The notes: a model not told the origin generated them from the letters alone. Counted from the first letter of the stretch, positions 52,472 through 62,935 are shown. The stretch: DNA of 64,000 nt from a virus (IMGVR_UViG_3300031949_000001:64001-128000), one strand, 5' to 3'. Program-made: numbers and translations.

Positions 52472-54464
52472 TGAATTCTTTCCAAAGGTTGCTATAAGGT
52501 GAGATCATCGCTTCGATGGATGGTTTTAGATTAGGTAGATATGGTTTAGAAAGGATCATAAAGTCGGTTGCTTTGATTGCTCTATGTTGGAGCAGTTCAT
52601 TAACGATGATCTTAAACAATTCTGAATTCCGTAGGATTGTATCTCTAGCCAATTGTTTTTGTTTTTCCACCAATCGATGGATTTTTTTATCAAATTCTTT
52701 GTAGTTTGATGGTGCCCATTCATCATTTTGAGGGTGTCTAACCTGTGCAGTAACACTACTAAATGCCATCTGTTTGTAATATCTTGAAGCGAATTCGGTT
52801 GCTGCTTTAATATCACGCCATGCTCCGGTTGTAGAGTTTATCTGTCCGAACACGAGTTCTTCGGCGACTCGCCCTCCCAATGCAATAGCTATACGATTCA
52901 GGAAAGCCTGTTTGTTAGTCGCTTCTTCTTCATCGTAAGAAGTGTATCCGCCTTTAAATGTCGCTAAATTAATCTTGATTTCTGCTGGTGGGCAGTTATT
53001 CAATACAGCAAACACCATCCCATGTCCAGCTTCGTGAACCGCAACCAATGTATTGAAGTCAATAGTATTACGCAGCCGCTGCGCTCGAATGTCTAATTGG
53101 ATCGGTAAATTATGAAATACCTCAATTCCTTCGAACACGTAACTGCCGGTGAGAATACTCTTATCATCATCAATAGTCACAGAAATGCCATATTGATTAT
53201 TTTCAACAGCCCAAATAGCTAAATCAACTAACGGAGAACTCAAAATCTGATGGATAGATGAAAAGACCGGTCGAGTACCTTGTGCTGGAAAGACTGAATT
53301 ATTGTAAATTTCTTGATAGACTGATGGCTTTAAATCAAATTCGACGCCTATATTTTGAAGAAGCTTAGCCGTATACTTTTTTGCTGTTGATTCGATAATC
53401 AATTCATAACTTCTTTTGGCTAGAGAAGGATAGATTATGTGATTGTTTCCAAGCCGCGCGATCTGTTCTTTACGAAAACGCTCCAATAAAGCCGCTTTGA
53501 TATCGATCACCGAAATCTTTTTGGTTAGATCATGAAAAACATCAGCATCGGTATCACAGTCTTCAATACCACCGACCATTCGATAAGCTTCATCCAGATT
53601 TCCGCAAACAAAAATCAGCAACTTGGAAAAGTCGATTTCATTAGAAATACGACTCTTAAGTGCTTCATGACATAAGAAATTAATTTTTTGAAGATCCCAT
53701 GTCATGATTTCGGGGACTGGCTCCTTGAGCTTGAGGAGTTTCTTGTAGTCTACGGCTTCCCAAGGCGAAAGTTTGAACTTACGAATTATGATTTTCTTTT
53801 TCTTTTTGCGTCTTTTTGGAGCTTTACCTTCCTCTTTTGCACTGGAAGAGGTTTCTGCTCCACTGCTCTCACCAAGCTCATCGTCATCGGAGGCAGCTTC
53901 GTCTGACGCTTGTTTCCAATCCTCGTCATACATGCTCTGTGTAAGTTCTCGCTCAATCTTTGAGTACAACGAATAGTCAGTGGAGAACTTACCATCACTT
54001 AGTAACATCCAAACATCTTGAAAACGCTTCACATCCAATTCTTTTGAGTCACCCTTACTGTCTAGTTCGATGGTACGGAAGCGTTGAAATTCATCCAACA
54101 AAAGAATTCCAGGCTCACCTTCGTTGATAGCGGATGCTTGGAGAATAGAACAGATGGAATCTTGATAGAAGCCAGAACCGATGCTAAAACCATCCATTTG
54201 AATTTCGACAAACTTGTCTTGAAACTGAAGCTTTTTTACAAGGCTACGTACAAGGGCGGTTTTGCCGACGCCCGTTAGCCCCCAAAGATTGATGATAACT
54301 GGATAACTCAATGCTTGTGGAAGGAGATACCATGTAGAAACCGAATCGATGACACGGTCAATAATCGCATCTAAACCGAAGAATTCAGTTTTTAGTTCAT
54401 CTCTAATTACATAAAGCGCTTCTCGTCTTTGCTTGATAACATCTATGATTGTCGTATCAGTCAT
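52443..54464 (-). CDS. soluble AAA+ ATPase fused to an M41 (FtsH-type) metallopeptidase
   Basis: GLTGVGKT, LLLDEFQ, VAVHEAGH, LGGRVAEELVFG, TGA..DI..AT; no TM segment. Confidence 0.85.
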   Translation of the reverse strand: MTDTTIIDVIKQRREALYVIRDELKTEFFGLDAIIDRVIDSVSTWYLLPQALSYPVIINLWGLTGVGKTALVRSLVKKLQFQDKFVEIQMDGFSIGSGFYQDSICSILQASAINEGEPGILLLDEFQRFRTIELDSKGDSKELDVKRFQDVWMLLSDGKFSTDYSLYSKIERELTQSMYDEDWKQASDEAASDDDELGESSGAETSSSAKEEGKAPKRRKKKKKIIIRKFKLSPWEAVDYKKLLKLKEPVPEIMTWDLQKINFLCHEALKSRISNEIDFSKLLIFVCGNLDEAYRMVGGIEDCDTDADVFHDLTKKISVIDIKAALLERFRKEQIARLGNNHIIYPSLAKRSYELIIESTAKKYTAKLLQNIGVEFDLKPSVYQEIYNNSVFPAQGTRPVFSSIHQILSSPLVDLAIWAVENNQYGISVTIDDDKSILTGSYVFEGIEVFHNLPIQLDIRAQRLRNTIDFNTLVAVHEAGHGMVFAVLNNCPPAEIKINLATFKGGYTSYDEEEATNKQAFLNRIAIALGGRVAEELVFGQINSTTGAWRDIKAATEFASRYYKQMAFSSVTAQVRHPQNDEWAPSNYKEFDKKIHRLVEKQKQLARDTILRNSELFKIIVNELLQHRAIKATDFMILSKPYLPNLKPSIEAMISPYSNLWKEFNATVQNTRQ

Positions 54465-55405
54465 TTTTCTTCAATTATTTGTTGTAATCTTATTATGCAA
54501 GCAGCGGCGTTAATTTCCGAATCCGCGCAAATTGCGTGCTTATACAAATAGTCTGCGATGGCGACGATACCTTCTTCCCATTTATTTTGATTCTTTCCAA
54601 ATTTTGGTGCTTTATCCAAATTCTCATACAAGAATCTATAAACATCTACCCATTCTTCCTGAGCTATCGTTTCGCAAAGATGCTTACGTAAAGCTACCCA
54701 TTGCCCTTTTTCGATATGATCTAAGATGGATAGTTTTGCGCCAGCGTCGATATCGATCATCGGCTCGAATAGTCTACCTTCGTGGCTGAATTGTTGCGTT
54801 AGATTGATGATCTTTCGAACATCAGGATATGCCAAATCGATGTATCTGTCCAGTAGTGTTAGATCGAATTTGACCTTTTCAGCCAACAAAATCCTTGCAA
54901 CCATTTCAGCAATGTCTGTTTTATCGTGTGCTTTGAAGTCATAATGGTTACAGCGTGATTTCAATTCTGGCATTACTTTATGGGAGTAGTTACAAGTCAG
55001 AATGAATCTTGAGACCGCTTTATATTCATCCATGACATTTCGTAGAGCACCTTGAGCACTAAGCGAGAAGAAATCTACTTCATCAAGGAGAATGATTTTA
55101 AAATCACCAACTGGATATGTGCTAAGTGTATCTACAATTTTACCACGCACAGTATCCACTGAGTTTTCATTGGATGCCGCGATAATCAATAGATCAACGG
55201 GGTCAACATTCAGCGCATTAATAAGGATTTTTGCCAAGCTCGTCTTGCCAGTCCCATGCACCCCAGTGAATAGTAGATGGTTGGGGATGCTGCCAGTTTC
55301 AACCATCTCCTCGAATTCTGCTTTTTCTTGGGGTGTTTGAAAGATGTAACCATCTAACGTAGGTGGGGCGTACTTGTCTGCCCATGATTCTTGTAGTTTT
55401 GACAT
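54461..55405 (-). CDS. clamp loader large subunit (gp44/RFC-like)
   Basis: W.DKY.P, GVHGTGKT, LLDEVD, AQGALR, RFILTCNY, SRC. Confidence 0.93.
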   Translation of the reverse strand: MSKLQESWADKYAPPTLDGYIFQTPQEKAEFEEMVETGSIPNHLLFTGVHGTGKTSLAKILINALNVDPVDLLIIAASNENSVDTVRGKIVDTLSTYPVGDFKIILLDEVDFFSLSAQGALRNVMDEYKAVSRFILTCNYSHKVMPELKSRCNHYDFKAHDKTDIAEMVARILLAEKVKFDLTLLDRYIDLAYPDVRKIINLTQQFSHEGRLFEPMIDIDAGAKLSILDHIEKGQWVALRKHLCETIAQEEWVDVYRFLYENLDKAPKFGKNQNKWEEGIVAIADYLYKHAICADSEINAAACIIRLQQIIEEK

Positions 55406-55429
55406 ATTACCCTCATTGAATATCTAGGA

Positions 55430-55458
55430 ATGATATCAAGGTTTTCCGTCAAAGTCAA
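55430..55458 (-). promoter_or_regulatory. sigma70-like promoter
   Basis: TTGACT-17-TATCAT upstream of the clamp loader. Confidence 0.65.
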
Positions 55459-55462
55459 CAGT

Positions 55463-56527
55463 TTATCTGTCTAGTGCTGAGCCTCGGGAGAAAACAAAGT
55501 TTTGTGCTTCGTACTGACGTAGTTGTTCCTCGATTTTGGTTTTCGTAAACTGTTCTACTTTGGTTAGAGATTCTTGAGCATTTAGAGAGGCAAGTTGCTT
55601 ACGTAGTTCTGCAATTAATAGTGGATGCGGACGGATACCTTTATCTGGTGGTTCAAGCTTTGGAAGGAATTCTTGAATAGGTTCTTCAACAATCGACTCC
55701 GTTTGTTCAGGAGGAGGCGATTCTATTGCTGGCTCATCCTCTATTATGGGCTCTTCGGAAATGGTTGGTTCAACGAAAGTGTAATTCGGAAATGGTTCTG
55801 ATACCCCTATTGCAGCCGGCTGCACCTTTAGATCTAATTCGCGTTGACGAATCGCGACATTTGTAGCGATTGTTAAGAGAAGAGCCAATGGATCGAAGAC
55901 ACAGATAATCATTAACACGAGATAGTTCGTGGCTTTATCTGTATCAATATTGAGTGCTTTAGCAAGGTATATGATTGGACCGACGTGTGTCTCGGTCTTC
56001 AAGGATTCTGTTTTGAGGGTCAAAATTTTAGCATCAAGATCGTCAATGCGCTTTGTAACTTCTTGTTGTTCCGCTTGGAACTGTTTTATTAGTTTAACCC
56101 GACCTCTGACGAAATCATGTGGAAGTTGAGCGATCTGTTTATCTATTTCTATCTTACGATCAATTTTTCGTACCTTCTCGCCTTCAAGAGTTTTGATTTG
56201 TTCGGAAATTTGTTTTAAAGGAAGAATATCGGCTTGATATCCGGACGACAAATAACCATAGTGTCCAGCGGCTGTAATAGCCATTACAAGGAGGGTTATA
56301 CCAACTAGTGGTGGAAACATACCCCGTTTGAGCACAGCACTAACTTGGCTCCAATATCGATACATGAAAGAAATACCGATCAGCTTACCATATTCAATGA
56401 CGATGCCCATTGCTATAACACCCCAAAATACGGCTGGGAATGTATGAGCGAGACCCCAAATACTGAAATATGCGGAAACGGAAGCCAACGATAAGGCTCC
56501 CAACCCCAAGAGTAGGATGAAAAACAT
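55463..56527 (-). CDS. membrane protein with coiled coil
   Basis: three N-terminal TM segments, coiled coil, VGPI.Y.A, VFDPLA TM. Confidence 0.75.
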   Translation of the reverse strand: MFFILLLGLGALSLASVSAYFSIWGLAHTFPAVFWGVIAMGIVIEYGKLIGISFMYRYWSQVSAVLKRGMFPPLVGITLLVMAITAAGHYGYLSSGYQADILPLKQISEQIKTLEGEKVRKIDRKIEIDKQIAQLPHDFVRGRVKLIKQFQAEQQEVTKRIDDLDAKILTLKTESLKTETHVGPIIYLAKALNIDTDKATNYLVLMIICVFDPLALLLTIATNVAIRQRELDLKVQPAAIGVSEPFPNYTFVEPTISEEPIIEDEPAIESPPPEQTESIVEEPIQEFLPKLEPPDKGIRPHPLLIAELRKQLASLNAQESLTKVEQFTKTKIEEQLRQYEAQNFVFSRGSALDR

Positions 56528-56541
56528 TCATTTCTCCTTGA

Positions 56542-56847
56542 TTAAGCTGGGATAGAATCTGTGTCTATTGCAACAACGCATTCTTCGACGGTTCTCCAAA
56601 CCTTGATACCGTCGTGTTCCATGCCAACTGTCCATTTCATTGGCTCAATAAGGATGTTCATTTTTGGCTTGATGGTCTCACTGACCTTCTTTCCAACAGC
56701 AACGACCTTTGCCCAACGACATTGAGTCGCGTTGTTTTCAACACTTTTGGGAATGTATAAACCCATTGCGGATTTATCGTAAAACCACCCCCCGGCTACT
56801 TCGTCAAAGAACACAAATAGGATACTTTTTCCGACTGGTTTAAGCAT
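56542..56847 (-). CDS. GroES-like co-chaperonin
   Basis: MLKPV...I, GLYIP, RWAKVVAVG; late motif upstream. Confidence 0.75.
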   Translation of the reverse strand: MLKPVGKSILFVFFDEVAGGWFYDKSAMGLYIPKSVENNATQCRWAKVVAVGKKVSETIKPKMNILIEPMKWTVGMEHDGIKVWRTVEECVVAIDTDSIPA

Positions 56848-57130
56848 TTTTTACTGCCTCTTTCTTTATTATTTTTCTGACAGGTTCTTGTGAGATTACT
56901 GGTTCAATTGATTCGGTTGTGGATGCTGTTAATGCCATCGCTGCAACCAAAGCTTTCTTGCTTTCAGCAGCAGCAATTCTTGCACTCATAAAGTTTTCGT
57001 TATGAACCAAAACTGTCGAGATTTTCCTTCTTGGATTTTGAGCAGCTTGTTCGGCTTCGTACATCATTTTCAATTTGTCGAAGTCAACCATCTCCCCTCT
57101 TGCTGAGCGAACTATTCTAGACATTTTCAT
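56840..57130 (-). CDS. hypothetical protein
   Basis: RSARGEMVDFD; GGAGG RBS and ATAAATA at 57154. Confidence 0.7.
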   Translation of the reverse strand: MKMSRIVRSARGEMVDFDKLKMMYEAEQAAQNPRRKISTVLVHNENFMSARIAAAESKKALVAAMALTASTTESIEPVISQEPVRKIIKKEAVKNA

Positions 57131-57704
57131 CCTCCGTTGGGTAGGTCTGTTTATATTTATCCGGTTTAAGAAAGTCTTCAATGTCCAGATCAAATTTCAC
57201 ACTATCGATATCATGGACTTCCAGGACATAGAGAACATAGGATGACACACTACTACCGCGCCCCACTCCCCAAACAATATTGTTTTCCTTGAAAGTATCT
57301 ATAATGTAAACCATCAACAATAATACGTCAATTAAATCATAATCAATAAAAAGTGTTAATTCTTCTTCTATTCGACTCAGGCGAGTTGGAAGTTCGTCTG
57401 TTTGTAGTTTTTCTTTTTTCGCCAAGGCATAAAATTTTTGAAGAACATATTCAACGACATTCATTTCTTTATACTTTTCTGGTATGTTCCACCTGAAATC
57501 ATGAACAACAATATGATTTTCTTCTACTTTGATGCGATCTTGCTTTCGTACTAAACGGTTAAATTTATCAATTTCTGGTGTAATTCTGTCAACTAATATG
57601 CCTCGGACTGACAAGCCGAGTTCAAGTCTTTTCATCAGGTTTTCTGGTGCGACTGTTATTGAACCATCGTACCAAAGTTTCCTTCCATTTAACTGCGTAA
57701 ACAT
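57117..57704 (-). CDS. DNA polymerase III alpha (DnaE)-like fragment, N-terminal palm part
   Basis: RIEEEL, YIID.F....IVWGVGRGSSVSSYVLY.L..HDIDSVKFDLDIEDFL. Confidence 0.85.
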   Translation of the reverse strand: MFTQLNGRKLWYDGSITVAPENLMKRLELGLSVRGILVDRITPEIDKFNRLVRKQDRIKVEENHIVVHDFRWNIPEKYKEMNVVEYVLQKFYALAKKEKLQTDELPTRLSRIEEELTLFIDYDLIDVLLLMVYIIDTFKENNIVWGVGRGSSVSSYVLYVLEVHDIDSVKFDLDIEDFLKPDKYKQTYPTEDENV

Positions 57705-58213
57705 TAAAGAAATTCAGATTTGTAGCTTCCGCCCGACGTATCAACGTCGCGAGTTTTAATTGCTTCAATTTTAACCGCGTTGCTGGGATCTAGGTTACCA
57801 ATCCTTGCTCCTGGTGGTAGAGTCAACGGCGCAGTGGCTGCACTTGCGCCAGTTAATGATGAACCGCCTTGTGGAATCATTGGTGGACCGCCTTGTGGTA
57901 ATACTGGTTGTCCTGGATTTGGTGGACCTTGGGGTGGAATGTTCGCCTGGGTGTTGTTAGGTCTCCAGTCAAAGTTCTCTTGTTGTTGTGGCGGCACAAA
58001 GTTTTGCCATCTAATTTTACCTAGTGCTCTTTCTACGAGCATCGTAATTTGCCGTTCAACCGGAAGGTCGAAACCTTCTATAGAGAATAACTTGGTTTTT
58101 ATCTTAAGCCATTGCTTAGGATCAGGAGACCAATCATCGCCTTGGAGATCAGTAATACCTTCCAGCCAAGCTTTGAATTCTGATATGGTTATTTTATTTG
58201 TATTTTCAGCCAT
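57704..58213 (-). CDS. hypothetical protein
   Basis: EFKAWLEG.....DWSP..KQW; Pro/Gln-rich middle. Confidence 0.7.
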   Translation of the reverse strand: MAENTNKITISEFKAWLEGITDLQGDDWSPDPKQWLKIKTKLFSIEGFDLPVERQITMLVERALGKIRWQNFVPPQQQENFDWRPNNTQANIPPQGPPNPGQPVLPQGGPPMIPQGGSSLTGASAATAPLTLPPGARIGNLDPSNAVKIEAIKTRDVDTSGGSYKSEFL

Positions 58214-58351
58214 TTTGCTTATCCTTTTTTAAAGCCTCTTCTGTCTGCTTCTTTACTTGTTCTGCTATATCAAGTGTTTGTTTGTGCTTACGCAGCGTCA
58301 AAAAATTAGCATCACCAGGGATTATAATTTTTGGTTTGCGTGGATCGTCGG

Positions 58352-58837
58352 TCATATGATGTCTCCTACAATTTTTTCTTTTAGATATTTATTATAGACA
58401 TCAGTAGGTGATACATTCACCCACGCCTCTTGAGAAATCGGATGACAGAGCATTTGGTGTTTGTTTAACAAAGGTCCGACGTTCTTGTAACGACTATCAT
58501 AATCAATAACAATAATCGTTCCTGGTACAGCTTTTTGGATGTTCGGACCCGCCACCAAAGCACAAAATTCTTTACCCGGCAAATCCTCTACACAAACAGA
58601 GTCTAATTGCATTGTTTCAGTATCGAATACGAGCATGTACCATGTCGTTGGAAGCATGAATTGAAAACCATGAATCTGGATCATCATAGAAGGAGCCGTG
58701 ATTTCTTCGAGAATAGTAATGGAGTTTAACGTGAAATCCATCATATTCAAATCAAGAATCCACATGTGCTGTGTTACAAGCGGCGTGTAGATAGAATCTA
58801 GAATGATAGGTCTGGAATTATCATCGAAAATAAGCAT
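58352..58837 (-). CDS. conserved phage hypothetical protein next to UvsW
   Basis: 161 aa in the replication operon. Confidence 0.75.
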   Translation of the reverse strand: MLIFDDNSRPIILDSIYTPLVTQHMWILDLNMMDFTLNSITILEEITAPSMMIQIHGFQFMLPTTWYMLVFDTETMQLDSVCVEDLPGKEFCALVAGPNIQKAVPGTIIVIDYDSRYKNVGPLLNKHQMLCHPISQEAWVNVSPTDVYNKYLKEKIVGDII

Positions 58838-58850
58838 TTTATTTTTCTTA

Positions 58851-60308
58851 TTAGTATTGTACCGAGTACTTTTTACAAGGATATTGAGCTTCCTTATAGT
58901 ACTTCAGTCTTTTTCGAAGGTGTTTCTTAGAATACTCTAGATTTCCGCAGATGTCAATAACATCTACGAAATCTTTATCACACCCCTTTCTCAAACCTCT
59001 ACCAATAGACTGAATTGTACGGATAAATGATTTGCCACCATCAATGTAAATCAAGTTGAAAATACGATCAATGTCAATACCAACACCAGCAACCTGAACC
59101 GTAGCAATAACCAAGAGGTTGTCTTCTGTCTCGAACAGTCTATAGACCTCCTCTCTTTCTTCGGTTTCGTTTTTACCGTAGACAAAAATTGAGCCAGGAA
59201 TCCGTTTCGACAACTTTTTTCCGATGGCAATGTTGTTAACTAAACACAGAACGTTGCCTTTCTTATTCTCCGCTTTTTCTTTCAAGAATTCAGTAATCCA
59301 ATTTACCCGCCGTTCAAGCTTATTGAGATAATCCATTTCCTGGGAGTATTCTGTTTTGAGTCCTTCCACAATCAAAGGTTCAATAATCGAAGCATCATCA
59401 AGCTGCATAACACTGATGTTGAGTTTCGCTAACCAACCTTGTTCAATTAATTCGTGTGCCGGAACGACATATAGAACTTGTCCAAGTGTCAGAGAAATAG
59501 CCATTCGATCTGCTTTACCAGTCGGTAGCGTGGCTGTTAGTCCAAAACGATATACGACATTATTTCCGTGGTTCGTGAGTAAGTCTTTCAGAACGTTTGC
59601 TTTAGCGCCATGGCATTCATCAACCACCAAAACTTGGAAATCTTTGAGAATATGGGGAGCATTTTGTAATGCTTGCCAAGTTGATATGACGTGTGTGTGG
59701 GTTAAGTCTTTAACCTTACCACTATATTCACCAACATCTAATTTGAACAAATCAAAGTCTCGTTTGGTGCGTAAGATCAAAGAGCCACTTGGAACGATAG
59801 TTATTGTACGCAATCCTTGCTTAGCGTATGCATCGCATAAGCAAGCGCAAACTGAAGTTTTGCCCGCGCCCGTACCAGCAATGACGATACCCATACCTTC
59901 ACTAATAAGCGCGTTGATCGCCTCTGTTTGATACGGTCGAAATTCCCATGGTTCATTGGTCTTAGGATTTATGATATATGAGAAATAATCTTTGTCTATG
60001 GGTTCGATTTGGGCTAGTTGACCATTGCGTTTGTCATCAACTTCCAGTTTATATCCTAATGCCTCTATCTTAGGGAGAATTTCATCTAAGAGAAAGTTAT
60101 ACGTTTTTCCTGTGTCAGAAAAAAAGCGCATCTTTCCATCCCATTTTCCCACTTTGTAGGCTAGGGTGAAGAAGTAATGTTCGGTCTTGATGCCGTATTC
60201 TTCCCAAAAGTATTTCAAATGCTCGGGGTGTAAACCGGCGATTACACAGTTGACCTCGTCCAAAATAACAATTTTAGCTCTTTGGGCAAAGGTTCTTTCT
60301 GTCGTCAT
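58851..60308 (-). CDS. uvsW: UvsW-like SF2 DNA helicase
   Basis: WDGK, RPYQ, GTGAGKT, TWQ, VDECH, GLTAT, QSIGRGLR. Confidence 0.92.
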   Translation of the reverse strand: MTTERTFAQRAKIVILDEVNCVIAGLHPEHLKYFWEEYGIKTEHYFFTLAYKVGKWDGKMRFFSDTGKTYNFLLDEILPKIEALGYKLEVDDKRNGQLAQIEPIDKDYFSYIINPKTNEPWEFRPYQTEAINALISEGMGIVIAGTGAGKTSVCACLCDAYAKQGLRTITIVPSGSLILRTKRDFDLFKLDVGEYSGKVKDLTHTHVISTWQALQNAPHILKDFQVLVVDECHGAKANVLKDLLTNHGNNVVYRFGLTATLPTGKADRMAISLTLGQVLYVVPAHELIEQGWLAKLNISVMQLDDASIIEPLIVEGLKTEYSQEMDYLNKLERRVNWITEFLKEKAENKKGNVLCLVNNIAIGKKLSKRIPGSIFVYGKNETEEREEVYRLFETEDNLLVIATVQVAGVGIDIDRIFNLIYIDGGKSFIRTIQSIGRGLRKGCDKDFVDVIDICGNLEYSKKHLRKRLKYYKEAQYPCKKYSVQY

Positions 60309-60760
60309 TATGAGTCTAGGTCTTTTATGATAAGCCGAGTTAGGTTATTCAACACATAGCCGCGTGATTTAAAAGCTTCAACACCAGCAGCGTACTTTGC
60401 TGTTAGTTCTTCAACCTCGTTATAAAGTTCCCTCATTGCGAGATATTCTGGATCGTGATTGATGTAGTGCTCTTTGTCTTTCTGTTGGAGCATTCGATTA
60501 CTGTCGTCTGTAAGCGCTTTCCACAGACGACCCTTTGTCGAATTCAACATATCTTCAACATAGTTAAGGATAGCTTTTAATTCTACATAACATTCGTTAT
60601 ACAGATACAACAACGATGCTTGTTCAATGTTGGCAGCATCTACTGGTTTACCTTTTACATTTAGATCGGCTTTGATTGGTTCGAGCTTCTTAGAGTAGTC
60701 TTCTAGTGCTATTGCGATGTTTTCAAAGTTCTCTTTAATTGCGTCTAATGCTTGACTCAT
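60308..60760 (-). CDS. uvsY: UvsY-like recombination mediator
   Basis: helical 150 aa next to uvsW; KEHYI..DPEY, RGY.LNN. Confidence 0.7.
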   Translation of the reverse strand: MSQALDAIKENFENIAIALEDYSKKLEPIKADLNVKGKPVDAANIEQASLLYLYNECYVELKAILNYVEDMLNSTKGRLWKALTDDSNRMLQQKDKEHYINHDPEYLAMRELYNEVEELTAKYAAGVEAFKSRGYVLNNLTRLIIKDLDS

Positions 60761-61254
60761 TAATGTAGCGTCCTTTTGTTTTTATCGATATGTCGCAGAA
60801 CGTCAGCACCAGTCCATTCGTCATCGTCACCGCCAGTTAGATTGTTGCTAGGAATCATAATAACCGACCCTTCCTCTTCTTCAATCATCTGTTTGACACG
60901 ATTGGTGAATTTTTTTCGTGCAGTTTCTTCTGCTGCTTCTTGTTCTTTTTTGGCTTCTCTTTGTGCGTTTACCAAGAATCCAACAATTTCTTCTTTATTT
61001 CCTTTGGTAATGACTTCTAATGGGATGTCAACACTAGATATACGAACCTCCTCGGTCATGTTGATTTGAAAGTTGAAAATGATAGTACTCTCTTCTTCGC
61101 TAAATGTTAACCCTGTCCACTTAATATCATCAGCGTTTTGATCCATAAATTCGCTGATCCCATGAAACACATGCTGTATTTCGCCTGCGATTTCATTTGT
61201 TTTATCGTGGTGTGTTTTATCCCTCTGAATGAAGAGTTCTCGTAAGTCTTTCAT
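60760..61254 (-). CDS. hypothetical protein
   Basis: GGAGG RBS before MKDLRE. Confidence 0.7.
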   Translation of the reverse strand: MKDLRELFIQRDKTHHDKTNEIAGEIQHVFHGISEFMDQNADDIKWTGLTFSEEESTIIFNFQINMTEEVRISSVDIPLEVITKGNKEEIVGFLVNAQREAKKEQEAAEETARKKFTNRVKQMIEEEEGSVIMIPSNNLTGGDDDEWTGADVLRHIDKNKRTLH

Positions 61255-61286
61255 GGTAGTTCCTCCATTCCACGTTACTACTATAT

Positions 61287-62363
61287 TTAGGGACGTTCCT
61301 TCCCCCACTCCATGTCTTGAAGTTGCATGAGTAGTTTGGCAGCAAACTTCGGGTCTACGGCACGAGGTAATGATGTAGTTTCGTAGAGTGCCTTAACTTC
61401 TGCATCAAGTTGTTCGGCATATTGAACAATTTCTTCATAAGTAAATTTACCGTGACGAATGTCAAGCAACTCTTGCGCATCTGGTCTTTTAACCAAAACG
61501 ATCTCGTCAGTAAGTGCTTCTTTACCCATTTTTAATAACCGGATCAAGTGCATAGCATGCTTGCAATCGAAACCGAATTGTTCTTCAAGTGCAGATCTAA
61601 CTTCATTGCGATTTTTCTTCCAAGTCCAATAATTTTTCCAGTTCTCGTGGGCAGATTGGAATTGATCTATGTTTAACTTAATAAGTAAGTCTGGCTTATC
61701 AAAACCACCAGCGTTTGCAGACCAAAATTCATTGGTTCGTGATAGAGGGACTCCATTACGATCACACCAGTTATATTCAACATCTATGGTGTATAAAATG
61801 TTTGAACAATACAAAGCGAACATATTACTGCCTAAATCACGAGCAATGAATCCATTCGTGGGAACAGTTTTATTCCATTTTTTATTCCCAGTCATATTAA
61901 AAACAACAGACATGAAATCCTTCTGTTGCGGTGCTTCAATACTTTGGGGATTGTTTATCCATTTATTATGTCCCTTGATTCTTAAAAGTTGAGAGTGTGC
62001 ATATCCTGAAAATGTATGAGCAAGTTTTGAAGATAAAAGATTGTATCTGTTGGCACGCAAATATTCATAAGTCGGGCTAGTGAAAAGAATATCTTCCGCT
62101 TCGCACCAAATTATTTCTAGAATATTTGGGTTCTGATCGACAAGAAGCTTCATGAAGTTTGTCAATTCGTAGAACTTCGTGTCCTCTTTTGTTTTATCCT
62201 CAACCTCTCGGACAATAAAGAAAGGCGTTCTGATGCAAATTTCTGGTGCAACAAAGATTCCCCGAGTATCACGATCACTAGTCGGGAGAGAGGTTCCGTA
62301 AGCCTGTGAGCCTGTCAAAACTTCACAGATCAAACCATCTTTTATCATTTGCTGCTTATCCAT
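61287..62363 (-). CDS. Pol-beta superfamily nucleotidyltransferase (RlaP/YcgL-like)
   Basis: GSQAYG....SD.D.RGIF, NPNILE, D.KHAMHLIRLL.MG, LLDIR.G. Confidence 0.85.
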   Translation of the reverse strand: MDKQQMIKDGLICEVLTGSQAYGTSLPTSDRDTRGIFVAPEICIRTPFFIVREVEDKTKEDTKFYELTNFMKLLVDQNPNILEIIWCEAEDILFTSPTYEYLRANRYNLLSSKLAHTFSGYAHSQLLRIKGHNKWINNPQSIEAPQQKDFMSVVFNMTGNKKWNKTVPTNGFIARDLGSNMFALYCSNILYTIDVEYNWCDRNGVPLSRTNEFWSANAGGFDKPDLLIKLNIDQFQSAHENWKNYWTWKKNRNEVRSALEEQFGFDCKHAMHLIRLLKMGKEALTDEIVLVKRPDAQELLDIRHGKFTYEEIVQYAEQLDAEVKALYETTSLPRAVDPKFAAKLLMQLQDMEWGKERP

Positions 62364-62534
62364 TATATGCTTTCCTTTATCACTTGAAGAACCAAAAACA
62401 AGGCGTCATACATTTTACATTTCCTGATTTGCTTCTAATTCTCATGGTACGCCAGCCGATTACTTTGTCAACGTATTCATCTTCATGAATCCAGCGCTTC
62501 CAGATTTTGCCCCACAGCCAACACGAGAAGCGTT

Positions 62535-62933
62535 TCATTCGCTTTCCAGTGTATCCTGTGTGTTAAAAAAGGTCATTTCAAAAATCGGTCGCACCCAACT
62601 TGGGCAACGATTCCGAGCAAAAATAACAATTCCTATGGCTGTCGGATCGCCAATTTTGGCTTTGGCTTCTTCCATAGAGCCACCCGTCGTAAGAATATCG
62701 TCTACAATTAGTGTCGGACCTTCGGTTGATACATACTTTTGTAGAGCAATTGCCAGTCTAATTCCGCCTCGTGGGACGCCAACCACCCGCTTGAATTTGC
62801 CTTTGTCGGCAATTATCCAAGCCAGTGTTTCGATATCTTCATCGGTGAGGGCATCGGCTTCTATCTTATAGTGAGCCGTGCCGCCACCGTGCATTACAAA
62901 ATCCTTTCGGACGAACAACGTATCTCTTTCCAT
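62535..62933 (-). CDS. type I phosphoribosyltransferase (OPRT-like, short)
   Basis: GVPRGG, LIVDDILTTGGSM PRPP loop. Confidence 0.85.
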   Translation of the reverse strand: MERDTLFVRKDFVMHGGGTAHYKIEADALTDEDIETLAWIIADKGKFKRVVGVPRGGIRLAIALQKYVSTEGPTLIVDDILTTGGSMEEAKAKIGDPTAIGIVIFARNRCPSWVRPIFEMTFFNTQDTLESE

Positions 62934-62935
62934 AG

